A DNA stretch of 51,959 bases, filler included, from Sphacelaria rigidula (lineage: Eukaryota), in NCBI GenBank assembly GCA_964200075.2. It is 2 parts of 2 records of this genome, joined end to end, with 100 filler letters (N's around TTAATTAATTAA, not from the genome) between each part and the next. Parts side by side here need not be neighbours in the genome. Positions count along the whole stretch, not along the records: positions 26,037 to 51,959 come from CAXNAA020000154.1; 1 more part is not named here. One strand, given 5' to 3'. Both the position numbers and the translations under genes were made by a program. The notes under the pieces were generated by a model, which saw only the letters and a program-made list of their open reading frames with translations, made no database searches and was not told the origin of the DNA. Numbering within the stretch: the stretch's first letter is position 1; each line of letters starts with the position of its first letter. Positions 25,937 to 38,099 of this stretch are shown here, piece by piece.

Positions 25937-26036
25937 NNNNNNNNNNNNNNNNNNNNNNNNNNNNNNNNNNNNNNNNNNNNTTAATTAATTAANNNNNNNN
26001 NNNNNNNNNNNNNNNNNNNNNNNNNNNNNNNNNNNN
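25937..26036. other. Artificial assembly linker (44 N + TTAATTAATTAA + 44 N)
   Basis: Exactly 100 bp. The 12-mer puts stop codons in all six frames, a standard contig-joining spacer. Confidence 0.95.
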
Positions 26037-26591
26037 CGCTAGCACTTTCGAGTGCTCATGGAAAATGTTATGCGCGAAAAAAAACGAAAATAGGCCATCC
26101 GCAGAAAATGCTAAACTGAGGTCTGTGCAGTATAGGAGGGAAACATGATCTCGATCGTTGTTGTGAAGAATATCATACGTTTTCATTTATCCGAATATTT
26201 ACCGTTTCGTCGCTGAAAAGCGGGAAAACTAGTTACACTGGACCAAAAACGGTCAATAACACCCTCCTGATAAATTGGGTATTAAGTCCGTATCGCCCCA
26301 AAAACACCAACTTGAGCACTGCAGTTTGAACGCGGCCTACCCTTTCTCCCTAAATCTACCGGCGCTAGCACTTTCGAGTAGTAGTGCAGAATAGTAGTCC
26401 AGAAAAACTAAAAAAATAGAACAGATACGAACGAAAAAAAACTTCTGATGCTGACTACTATATCACCACTCCCGCACCGCGTCAGCTCTAGTCAACCAAA
26501 CTATTTTCGATACTGACGCACTATGTCATCATCTCAATGTTTTCAACGACGGAGTTGATAGATCCACTTGAAAGAAAAAAAAAAACTTAAA

Positions 26592-26685
26592 GCGTCTGGC
26601 GGGCATCGGACCCACGTTTTCCCCGGATAAATGGCGTCAGTTGTACCATTAGACCATTAGACCATTAGACAACCGGGGCGCGGCG
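26592..26685 (-). mobile_element. tRNA-like head, same family as 12786-12867
   Basis: The minus strand reads CGCCGCGCCCCGGTTGTCTAATGG...CTGACGCCAT...GGGTCCGATGCCCGCCAGACGC followed by a T-run. The A-box region is tandemly triplicated (ACCATTAG x3 on +). Confidence 0.5.
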
Positions 26686-29232
26686 ACGTCGGTTGGACAA
26701 TGACAATTTTCATGATTCAGGTTTTGGCGTGTCCTTACGATCTTGTATGCCATAGTCGTATGACCCTTGACTTCGCATCCCTACAATGTCGGGACGGAGC
26801 ACGCCGAGTGGGTGCGGACAGCGAGGTTGTCGGGACTCAGATAATTTTTTCGCACGTGAGATTTCGGATAATGTTTTTAATGGAAAATAACCAGTAGCAC
26901 ATGATAAAACGAGTAGCTGCAACGCAACGAATTCACGAAATGCGTCGAGATGTGCAGCTTTCGAACTGTAAAACTAGGTCCAAACACTGAAACGGGTGAG
27001 AAGTGAAGTCCGTTACAGAATTAGGGTTTACGGCGCGAGCCGTCGCACGAATTGAATACGTGAGTCCCACTGAGACTGCCTCTCACCCGTCACAAGGGGC
27101 AGCGCGGACACGGTCAACATGAGGCATGTACCCTCCGAGAAACAAGGAGGCAACGTGCGCACACGCATAGCTGCGTGACGTGTACCGACGTAGACACAGT
27201 TAGACGGGAGCAGGACTGCGACTTTGGCATGGCAAAGCGCGACTCCACTTCGGAGCGAGAAATCGAAGTGGAAGGTGTTGCATTCGGAATACGCCAGAAA
27301 TGCGCGTCCACCGTGTCCACCAACACCGACGGTCGTTGAGAAAAAAAAGCAAGTGCAAGGACAATTGCAAAATGCAAAAAAAGCTCGAGAAATAAAACAC
27401 CAGCGTGACTCCAAGAATCCTTATTTTTTTCGGTCGTTTCCATTAACTCGCACTTTTGATATCTCCGGGCAAATGCCAGCACAACCACTACTCTGTCTCT
27501 CTTCTCTATAAACCTATGATGACTAACTCCTACCTCTGTACTCACGTTCACTCACAAAGCTCCCCGTGGCGAGAATGGTTATGAGGGTACCCTTTCCCAT
27601 GATGGGGGTACTACCTTCCCCCCTCGGTGAAGCACCGTTTATTCTACAGTGGACTTGAAACAAACTATACTTCGCGACTTTGTAGATCGACAAGTCGGAT
27701 ATTGTTGCGGAATTGCACATCAAACGCGGGCGACACGGTTGATGTGATGGACACTTCGTGCTACTCATAGTGCCGGCATCTTCAATTCAAGCACAAGATA
27801 AAACAAAAGACGGAACTCAACAGCTTCTTCCGCATTCCAAACGATCGTTGGAAGCAGACACTACAAATAAAAAAACAGGGGAGAATAATATTGAAGATCC
27901 ATATCTAGATGATAAAGAAGATCTTCCGAAAAATAAAAGATAGCATCAACGATAAGAGTGGAAGCCGATATAACCAATAACCAACCAACCCTAGACAACG
28001 GCATAACACCCCTTCTTAATCCTAGTAGTACTAATACAAGGCCGGAAAGACCCAAACCACGCGATAGAGAACTAGCACTATGACACGCACGATGACAACA
28101 TGTACAGTCGCCTCGACAACACGCAAAAATTGCCCCCCAAAACATGCAAATCAAAATACGTTGCTATAGAGTACTCAGGTCACTTTGCGAATCACACGCG
28201 CCCGATCTCTAGACTGCTCATTCCCGTCCTCTTTCCTCTACCCCGTACCGACTACACCTCTTCCCCTTGCACAGCTTCCACGGCTGGGCAAGCAAGACCC
28301 GGGGACATCAGGCACCTATTCCCTGTCTCGCAAAACGCCTCGCAGCGATGGGTCGCGAAAAAAAAGCTAAAATAAAATTCTCTCGGCTCAGGTATGGCGT
28401 TCCCGCAACTGTACGCCGTTTTCCCCGTGGTCCTGGTTGTTCCAATCCCCCACCCATCAACTCATCATATGAAGGCGAAGCCAACGTTCCCCCGTGCGTT
28501 TCGATCATGCGTTTACGCTTCAAGGGTAAAAACACGACGGGTGGAAATTGTGTCTAACCATAGTATTTTTGTTTATTTTTATTCCGACTGAGAGATGAGC
28601 GGATCCACTCCGCCCTTCTCCGCAAATGGCAAAGGAAAAAAGATGATGTGTTGCGCAGTAGCCCGTCAAGTATACTTCGCCAGACTCTGCACGGGAAAAA
28701 AACAACGCTGACGGAGGCGAAGGGCCTCATTCACTTCACTCATACCTTCTCCCTGCTTTTGTAACGCGTCCACGCCAGAGAGGGAAAGCGCTTCGCAAAA
28801 GAGCGCAGAGGGGTTGTTACCATGTTGGGGGATACAACAGACAAATTACCAGAGTTTTCAGGCCAAAAATCTCCATCAGATCCGTACCTCTATCACTAAG
28901 AAGGCGAAGCCTTGTACACTGCTAAACGTTACAAGGCCATGGAAGAAGGGGGAAAACAAAAAAACATGCAAACAGGTGAGCGCACAGAACGCACAAGGCG
29001 GGACGGCAAACAACACCACAACCACACCCTCAACGAAAAAATCCCCCCTCGCCTCCCTAGCCCCTACCCCATGACAGCACGGTACGGTAGCAGACGCCAG
29101 ACAGCGACAAAAAAGACAAACGTAAAAGAAGAAACAGAACAACGCGCTTGACAGTTTCAGACCACCATCGTACCAACCACCAAGAAACGGCCGACATCAC
29201 GCCACAGCATGTCACATCACGGCCATCAGTCG

Positions 29233-32200
29233 TCAGTCTTCTCCGAAATCAAGCGCGTCCTCGAGAGCGCAAGTCACCTCCGCCACACGATGCATCGCCC
29301 CCCGCTTGAACTTATCGCGCACGGCGTGTAAGCTGTGCCCCTCCGCACGCACATGCAGCGCATGGAGGCGCCTTACGCACGGCTCCAGCGCTCTCGCCGA
29401 GTACCCGGTGTAGTACTCGGTCTGTTTCGTCCATGCCTCGCGGGGACACCCCCGCGGATGTAACGTCTGCCTTGCGAGATATAACGCCGCCGCTGCCTTG
29501 AGCGATGGCAACAACACTACCCCGTTGTAGTCCTGCAGTAGCAGCTCCAGCAGGTAACACACCAGAGACCGCTCGCGGGGATTAGATCGGGCCGCTCGAC
29601 AAAATCGGTCGACGAAGCAGCAGGGTGTTATGCAAGTCAAGCGGAACTGGAGAGAGTTGGCCACCAGCAGCTCCATCGCGATGATTTCCGCGCGCGTGTA
29701 CGTGTTGTCGGAAATGTGCGCCAATTCTTCAGCAGTCGGCGCGTAGATCTCTTCGTATTTGGCGGCCAGAACAACGCACGCGCAGCCCAGGAGCTGCAGG
29801 CGTCCGCGGGCGACTTCGAACGCGGTCAAGCTTCGGTCGATCAGCTCCACCACCTGAAACGGTCCGATTGGAAAAAATAATACGGAGTATATTTGTTGTG
29901 TTACTTAATCGACTGGACGTGCGTGTGACTGGTGCGGTATGTTTCCTTCCGCTTCATACAGCTAAATGTGAATACCTCTTGAAATGAGATTAGTAAAACC
30001 GTTGTCTGGAGTTTAGTCAAATGCTGGATTTGAAGCGATGCAGCGCCCTACCGTAACAGTACGGTACCATACCTCACCGTGAATAGTGGCGTTCTCGAGG
30101 TTTGAAAATTTGAAGATACGCAGACTTGATGGAGGGGTGGGGTACCTGTTGTGTGTGCGGAAAATGAAGCGTTTTACTCCAGAATACGGCTCTTGTGCCC
30201 TTATTTTGGATATGCACCATAGCGTACCGCAACCGCGCCCTTCTTCCTTGTGGCAATGCAGCACAGTGTACATGGAGGTATATATTTTTTCGTTTCCGCC
30301 GTTACTAGTCCATCGTTTTGGCATCACTACTGTAACTGTCTCTGGATGACAACACGAATGCATACAATTAGAGTGCAGCGCTTGGAGCTCACGCAAACAG
30401 TGTCTAGACTTTCATAAAAAAAGAGAGCGAAACAGATGAAGCTATTGACGGGCGAGGTGGAGGCGGGTGCAACGTAGGAACTACCCGGGTGGGGTGTGCA
30501 AGTCCCGTTTTGAAAATCGAACATGAGGAGGACGGTGAACACGCATCACACGACGACACCAGCCGACTCAAAGTTCTTAGGGACGATGGTTTCAAACTGA
30601 GGGAAGGCACCGTCCGGGTGTCCTACGCGCAGTACGTGCTCAGTGCTCAGCAACCGCAAACGCTTGGTTGTGAACCATTTTTAATCTCAAGGTGGTCACT
30701 GGTATTTGAAGAACCATTGCGGCGAATGTATGCCGCACCGCGTCCGTAACCCTACAGTCCAGCACAGTGCTACTACACATCCCTACTGTTCACTATGCGG
30801 GTGAAAGTGGGATGTTTCACTTCGGTATTATGGTTTGAGAGAAAGTTCCGATATGGGGCTAAGCGGTGAACTGCTTGTGCATAGAAGAACGTGCACCTGG
30901 CAAAAAAACAGCCCGCAAGCCATCACGCCGTCGCGCCATCACACCAACTGCTGGGCTCAAAACGCAACTCATCACAGAACACAAGAAACATGAAGCGGCA
31001 TCTGTATTCTAAACATGAGTTGCGCGCGCTGGGTATTGATCCACAATATTTTCAGAAGAACCGACATGTAGAAGCTTGAACACTGAGCTGCATGCGCTAC
31101 AAATGATCACCCGGATAATTTGAATTTCTGCGACAGACAGGGGCGGGCTCTTGCGCGACCGGTAGAGATGGGCGTCGTCACACCAAGCATACCACAGTAG
31201 TGGGCTCATGAAGTGCGAGCAGATGGAGAACACACCACATACCACATTACTCCGAATAGCGCGCTGGCGGTAGCTGCCATATACTGAAGTCCCATTTGAA
31301 AAATATGAACGGGTACATACGACAGTATTCATAGTGCAATACATGGAAGCCTGTGAACATGGTATTCTAGACTGTACCGTGTGTACAGTGTAACAGCACC
31401 ACACTTAGATATGGTGCACACCAGTGCCGACACACAAGAGGCATGGCAAAAAACAAACGAACGGATCGAAATGCTTTTCTAGTCCCTCACCTGAAAAAGA
31501 GTTCGAGAGGAGAGCTTAAACTGATCGCACACCTCCACGATCCAATCCACCAGCACGCTTCGCATGTTATGCCTCATGTCCTTTTGCTTCCCGCCGATGT
31601 ACGCCCCCGGTCGATTGCGCCGCTCCTGCGTTCGCAAAAAAGCCGCGTGCTCGACGACATACTCGGCGTTCTGCAAGTGCGATTCGGCCGCATCCAAAAC
31701 GCCCGCGTCGATGTCCTCCACTCCCGCGGGCAGCGGTGTCCGCGCTCCGGCGGCGGCAAGCATCCGCTCCTCGCTTATTTTCTCTGCGAACTCGGCTGCG
31801 GTCGCGGCGGCAGAAGAGGCGGAGGCTTCGCAGGTCGCACCAGGTGAAGGTGCTGCTACAGGTTTTCGCGCCACTCCGGTTTCGAGTTCGGCGGCGGCAG
31901 CGCTCCTTTTCAAGCTCGTACTCGCGGCCGCCCCGGCAGCGTTTCGTTCGAAGTCGTCATCTTGCTGCTGCTCTTCCACAGTGCTGGCGCTACTTAGGCT
32001 GGACGATCTTGAGAGCGCGCTACCTGTACCCGCATCTGAGCTTGCCCTTATCGAAGTGCTCCCCTCTACACCCCCGCCGCGAGACCCACCGTCCCGGTTT
32101 CCGCCTCTTGCTGTCTTCGTCACCCGACCGGGCTCTTCAGCAATAGGGGCAGTTTGAACTTGGACATCGAGACTACTGTTGGCTGTGTTCCCGCTCATGG

Positions 32201-32894
32201 CGGAGGTGGCTGTGGCGGTGGTGGCACCGCGGCTGCCGCTAGCAAACGCTTCGCTCTGGCTTCTACCACTTCCCCTCGCACCCTCGACCACACCTGTAGA
32301 TCCAACAAGATCATCGTTACCCGCAACCGCCTGCAGCGCGGGCGGCGCTGATTGCCGGCGATCACGCCAAGCCGCATCATCCGCGACACCATCAAAACTC
32401 AAGTCCACGACCATGCCCTCCAGATCCTCATCACACGACATACCTCCATCATCGCCCTCTGCCCCGCTGCCATCCCCTCCGCTGCCGTCACCCCCAGAAC
32501 CTCTTCCACCGCCACGGCCAGCACCTGAACCACCTCCGGCTCCTGCGCCCACCCCGGCCACACTAGTCGTACGCCCGCCTGTGCGACCAGCGGACGAGGC
32601 CGGTTGTTCGCTGAGCCTGCGCGATCGACGCACTCTGACGGAGGCACGACGCGCGGGCGCCATGGGGGACGGGCGGCGGGGAGCCAAGCTTCGCCGGTTG
32701 GAGCTACCCGCTGCGGCGGCCTGCTGCCTTGCTGAGGAGCCATTGCCACTGTGCTCTTCGCTGATGTCTTGCAGTACGTCGCGCTTCCGCTTACCGGCGC
32801 TGCTGGCTGTTATACCGGATGTGATGCTGCTGCTGCTGCCTGCTGCGTTTGGGTTTGTGCTATTAACGCGGTGGCCACGGAGTCGATGAGCCAT
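29233..32894 (-). CDS. Mitotic cyclin (A/B-type, probably A-like), 2 exons, 674 aa
   Basis: Exon 1 is 32894-31491 (ATG to CAG|GTGAGG) and exon 2 is 29853-29233 (TTCAG|GTG to stop), phase 0. Cyclin box MRSVLVDWIVEVCDQFKLSSRTLF/VVELIDRSL, LQLLGCACVVLAAKYEEIYAP, ISDNTYTRAEIIAME, followed by the second cyclin fold. A candidate destruction box RDVLQDISE lies near the N-terminus. Confidence 0.92.
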
Positions 32895-34371
32895 TTTGGT
32901 GATGTTCCTGTTTCGCGTACAAGCTGTACAGCAGCGGCTGCTCCTTTTGACGGGTGGCTGGTGTAATGATTTCTTCCCGGGAGTAGCTCGTTCTCAAAAA
33001 CGAGAGCAAGAAGCGGCCCAGGAGTGTAGGAAAGCGTCTTGGTCCTGGTGGGTTGCAGCTCCGAGCAAACCCCGACAAGTCAGTCAAGTGTGGGCTTTGA
33101 TTTTGAAAATCAGCGTTGGGAGAATTTTTTGGTGATGTTTAAATGCGCCCGGCAGAATCGGTCTGGGACGACTTCAGTGCCGAGTGTCCGCAACAGATAA
33201 CCACGGAGAGTAGGTCCTCCGCAGGCTGCCCTGGGTGATAGACCAGGCGTTAGCACACGACTGTGGAGCCGCTTGGCAGAAAAAGACCTGGTCCTTCCCC
33301 TCTCAAGTAGAAGTTAGTTGTCAAGTGGAGGTTGGGGTGGGCGGGAGCGTCCTGCGAACACTGTTGGTTTTCAAACTGGGCACAGCACACTTGAGACGGT
33401 TGACCCAGCTCTCACGAATGCTGCTGCTTGCTCCTGCTGCTGTTCCTGTTACCGCTGTAAAACACTGACGAAGCTGAAGCTCCAGAGCCCACAGAAGGTC
33501 ACGCACAGCTAGGCGAGGGCGGCCCTGAGTTTGCTTGCTTTGCTTGAGCTACTTACGTACACCTTAAGCGTTAGACGAAGCGAGTGATTGGAGGGGTGCT
33601 GCCTGTACTCTACCGAAAACAATGCCAAAATTTTGAATTTCTGCCCCATATATAAAGTAGTTTATGTCATCTCCCAGATCACTGTCATTGTCCATGTTTT
33701 TGAAAAGTGTATCTTTATATTTGGGGTTTTCCTTGTTTTGCGGACAATGCGAACGGCGATGGCTACGTGTGCGGCCCACTCACATCGCTCATGAAAAACA
33801 TGACAGACACAACAACGACACATGCTTTCCGTGTTCGAGCCGCTATATTTTGTATCTTGGCGACTACTGAGTATATCTGCTTCATGCACGCGTGGGATGG
33901 AAGGTGATTTTCGTCAAAACCATATCTGTATCTGGGGCTGTAACCAACCGTGATGAACAGAACACGTTACCGTCTGTAGCGCATGCAAGTACAAGCAGTC
34001 AGTACTACAGTAATATGTGTACTATACTATTGTACCATGAAAATAGTGTGATATAGCACGCATACATGAGTGCTTGGTAATGGTATAGATGAGTACCTAC
34101 GAAGGCGGCACCCCACCGACCGTCGATTACATGATATGTATGTGCCTGTGCCTCGACGAAGGGCTGCCGAAACGTGATACTAATTTTGTATTGCTGACAC
34201 GCGGTAGATACCGTAGCATATTATTCTACTATCGCTGACGCATGCATGTAATATTCTAGTTATTTTTTCAGGGTGATCGTGGACATACTGCAACAAATTC
34301 TAAGCGTGGCTTGTGCGTTCACCGCACAACAGTACAGTCAGTAGTGTGAGACCAAAATTAAATGACAGTAA

Positions 34372-34373
34372 CA

Positions 34374-34446
<73 letters not shown>
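34372..34446. repeat. Compound (CAG)n(CAA)n microsatellite
   Basis: Direct reading of the sequence. Confidence 0.95.
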
Positions 34447-34448
<2 letters not shown>

Positions 34449-35440
34449 TCATTGATTATTATAGTATTATAGACATGATATATTTGATAATCCTCGTATT
34501 TTTACCCGCAAACCTTCTCCTGGTCGACCACGGGGTCCGCAGGATCCTGAGGAAATAAGAAGTAAGGTGTTTTGGGTGCGTCTGTGACCCACGATTGGAA
34601 GCAGTTATTATGGCAGTTGGTTGCATACGGATACAAGACAGACCACTGTCAACTTGATGATTATGCAGTATTCACCAAGAAGCAGCAGCGTCTTTTCAGA
34701 TCCACCACGGAAGGAATGCGTATACAACGAAGGTCTCGTAAGTTAAGGCCGTTGTTACAGTGGCTGGTTTCTCAGACTTTCTGACTTACTCGGGAAAACA
34801 ACGTCCCGAAATGTGACAGCAGATTTCTCAACAGGTCAAGAAATAGATCAATTGATGACTGACTACAGGCTGGTTCACGCGGAAGACCCAAAATTCTGTC
34901 ACCAGCAAATGCCTTCCACAATACGCACCCAATAGTCGCATGCATGGGATCATACTGACCGCAATCAACAACAGACGACGAGGGTAACATAGCTAGCAAG
35001 CCTTTGCTTTATATATGCGTTTTTTTTTTTATCTTTTATGTTCAAAAGTAAACATTATGCGCCGATTCATCATGCGTATTTTGGTGAAATACGCGCGACT
35101 TATGTGCCTTTTTCGCGTCCTTCTGGAAGCTGTTCCTAGCGGGTTCTTATCGGCACCGCCCCTGGAACGTACCTTCCAGCAAGGAAACAAGACGGCACGT
35201 TGAACATTTTCAGATTTCATTTTTTCCCCATCAGTTTCACATCATGGGGATAAAGTAGCTCACATACAGTACAATAACCGACATCAGACCCGCAACAAAG
35301 TTCAATAAAACAAATTACGAACACAATAAACTCCGCGACGCCACGAACCACGCCACATGGAGCACCCGTGGGCTGCTACTAGCTGCTGCACATACATGGG
35401 GTACATAATCATAATCATAATCCCGTTGGAGTACTATATG

Positions 35441-35840
35441 TGTGTGTTGTGTTGTCGTCCCATTTATTCTGGGCGCCAGTCTGCACCTTTCGGTATATAC
35501 AATATATATATATATATATGTGGGCGCACCAGACGGGATCACACAGGAGGAGGAAGGTCAACACAGGAGTTTTTCTCATCTATCTGTTTGTTTCTAGTAC
35601 CCCACCTTCCTTGTGCGGTGCTTGCGTTTATTTTTTAACGCGAGAGGGGTCCAGCACTCCCTTTCGCTCGTCGACCGTTAAGTCGGATTTTGTACACCCA
35701 CGGCATAGTCGCGCTCCACTGTTGGGCATGATGTTGTGAGAAAAATTCCTAGATCGCTCCAGAAGAAATCGAACCCCACTACTCAACCATCAGAAGAAGG
35801 TTTCGACGTTACCAACTGACCCACCGGGGCGACCGGGCAT
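35441..35840 (-). mobile_element. tRNA-derived SINE, full length with target-site duplication
   Basis: The minus-strand head CCGGTCGCCCCGGTGGGTCAGTTGG...GGTTCGATTTC has Pol III A- and B-box-like motifs, and the tail is AC-rich. The 9-bp direct repeat TACTATATG flanks it at 35432-35440 and 35841-35849. Colinear with 49830-50287. Confidence 0.8.
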
Positions 35841-36408
35841 TACTATATGCACCAAGTTGTGCGTAAAACTTAGCTTTTATATCTTTGTGATGCTGAAATC
35901 TCCGAAAACACATCGATAATTGAAAAAGACGCATATATATGCTTGTGCGCAAAACCCCGTTTTATGCGAAATGATATGCGCGCATGAAAAAAAGCAAAAA
36001 AGGCCTTTGATGGACATAAAGTAGCAGTAGCCGGAATTTTGCTCAAGGCTATTATAGCGTGGCGCTATCTATGGACAAAAATGTGTCTCGACCAATCAGC
36101 AGCGCCTTTCAAGCTGTTCTGAAATTGAGAACGCGAATTCCAAGCCCAATCCCCATCGAATCTCCACATGCTCCAGATTGCAGTAACCGTCATCGGCTTG
36201 GGAATCTAACGGGAGAAACAGATTTGAAAACGGTTCGAACGGGGTCCAATTATGTCCGAAACCGTAATGTTTCGGCGATGTGGAGTTTTGGCGTCGTCGA
36301 ATGTCCACTCATCATGGAACCTGCGAAAGAACAAGGATGCCTCGGGACGATTTCCCTTATTATATATGTTGTAGAAAAGCTCGGATCATCCTCAAAGTTG
36401 GCACTGCC

Positions 36409-36501
36409 TGTGACGGTTTAAGAGACAACCAACTAGAAGACTACTGACCAGTCAGCGCTGACTAGTCAGTAGTCTAGTTGGTTGTCTCTTAAACCGTCAC
36501 A
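36409..36501. repeat. 93-bp near-perfect palindrome
   Basis: TGTGACGGTTTAAGAGACAACCAACTAGA(AGA)CTACTGACCAGTCAGC|GCTGACTAGTCAGTAGTCTAGTTGGTTGTCTCTTAAACCGTCACA, with one mismatch and one 3-nt bulge. Confidence 0.92.
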
Positions 36502-37860
36502 TACATGCCGTAGGTATTAATAATGCTCCCTAAATGAAGAAATTCATTTGTGCCATTGACAATATTTCAAAGTTTCTCCGTTCTCTACCGGCTTCCGGGG
36601 TCCCAGTATGAAGACCCCCAGAAGTCGGTGTAGGATGCTTTAAAAAAAAACATAATGCATCCCGGGATCGTCCCAGGAACACATGTACAAAGTTTGATCG
36701 AGAAACTCGGAAATCTCATACAGTTTTTTTTGCCTCGCGACGTGAAGTTCACCCCAAAAAAACATTTTCGTACTACAACCAAGTAGTTAGGAGTTGGCAC
36801 GTTTTAAGCTCACGTCCTCACGCACAGGCGCAAACCTTCCCTCGGCTATTAGGAGTTAGACCCTGAGACTTCGCACAAATGTGCTGTGAGCCATAAGGCG
36901 AGTTTCGATCGACCACATTTTTCTATTTCAATTTTTTTGTTGATCTTTTTACCGTTTTTCGGGAGTCCGACGGGATCCAAGTCGTTTTTTCGAAGTCGTT
37001 TCCATTCTGGGACCCCGGAAAATCAGCACTACGATATTTCTTCATTTTTTTCGCAAACACCCTGTGGCAAAACCCAAGGAAGAGCCCCACATGGTTTCGT
37101 GGCCGAACTCGTTCAACTGATGCTTGAATTTTCATGTTCACGTCGCTAAAGGCCCCAAAACGCCACTTTTATACTAAAATCTGTTGCAAACAAGATTTTC
37201 GTGAGATCGAGAGTTGGGTGCGGATGGAGAGTGGCTTTGATCATTCGCTTCAACTTGGCCAATTTTTCATTCTGTGTGTGCTTTTCTTCGTCTCGTCACT
37301 GCCGTAATAGTTGGCGGTTTCACCATGGCACGGCGAGGTTCATCGCACGTCCCCGCCGTTTCAGGTAGTCAGACCCTGAAATTTTGCATAAATGTCCTCT
37401 GGGCAATTACGCAACTTTGGATGAACGCGGTATTTCGATTTTTTTTTTCTTCACCGTTTTACGGACGTCCGACTGGGTCGAAGTTTCCCCGAAAATATTG
37501 AGACCCGAAACGGTGAAAAAAGTCAAGAATTTAAGTAACCTCGACCTTCGAATTCAGGGTCCAAGGCCGGATGTTACGCCAAACAGATTTTTGGCCCACA
37601 GATTGTTCACTTTTGGGGCGTTTAATCCATTGACCCCCAAACCAAGAAAACCGCCAACACACGTCTCGGACATTTTGCATCACCAGACAGAGAGAGCCCA
37701 GTCTACTTTTCAAATTTCCTTGGCCCCGAGGTTTCGAGTTCGCGTATTTGGCGGGGGGGGGGAGAGGCAGGGCCATAGACCATTGACCTCGCATCCCTCC
37801 TTTAGCCGGGGCGGAGCACGCCGAGACGTACCAATTTTGGTGTTTTCTTTGGAGTGATGC

Positions 37861-38099
37861 TACGGTAGGGGCGCACACATATTTTCTGAGGTTAGAATTG
37901 TTAGGAGCCCTTTATTTCATCCAAAACACGACTCATGAAAATATGCGAGAGTACGCCAGGATTACTATTTTAATGTGCTGAGAATATCCCGAATGGATCT
38001 GCAAACGGGGATGCCCTGACTTATAATCTTGTGCTTGTAGAATCGTTAGGGACCCCTGAACCAGATAGAAATTCGCGAAAAAAGTGCACCCTTACCGTA
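37861..38099. mobile_element. TA-flanked MITE, ~240 bp (TIR TACGGTA(A/G)GGG(C/T)GCAC)
   Basis: Ends TACGGTAGGGGCGCAC and GTGCACCCTTACCGTA. A second, split copy occupies ~24335-24456 plus ~25072-25193. Confidence 0.75.

Noticed and set aside
27028..28150. Cluster of 60-145-aa ORFs as a gene
   Set aside because: No motif or splice-consistent model could be built; likely decayed repeat or intergenic DNA.
31564..32889. Long plus-strand ORFs opposite the cyclin
   Set aside because: Antisense shadows of a GC-rich low-complexity exon, with no recognisable domain.
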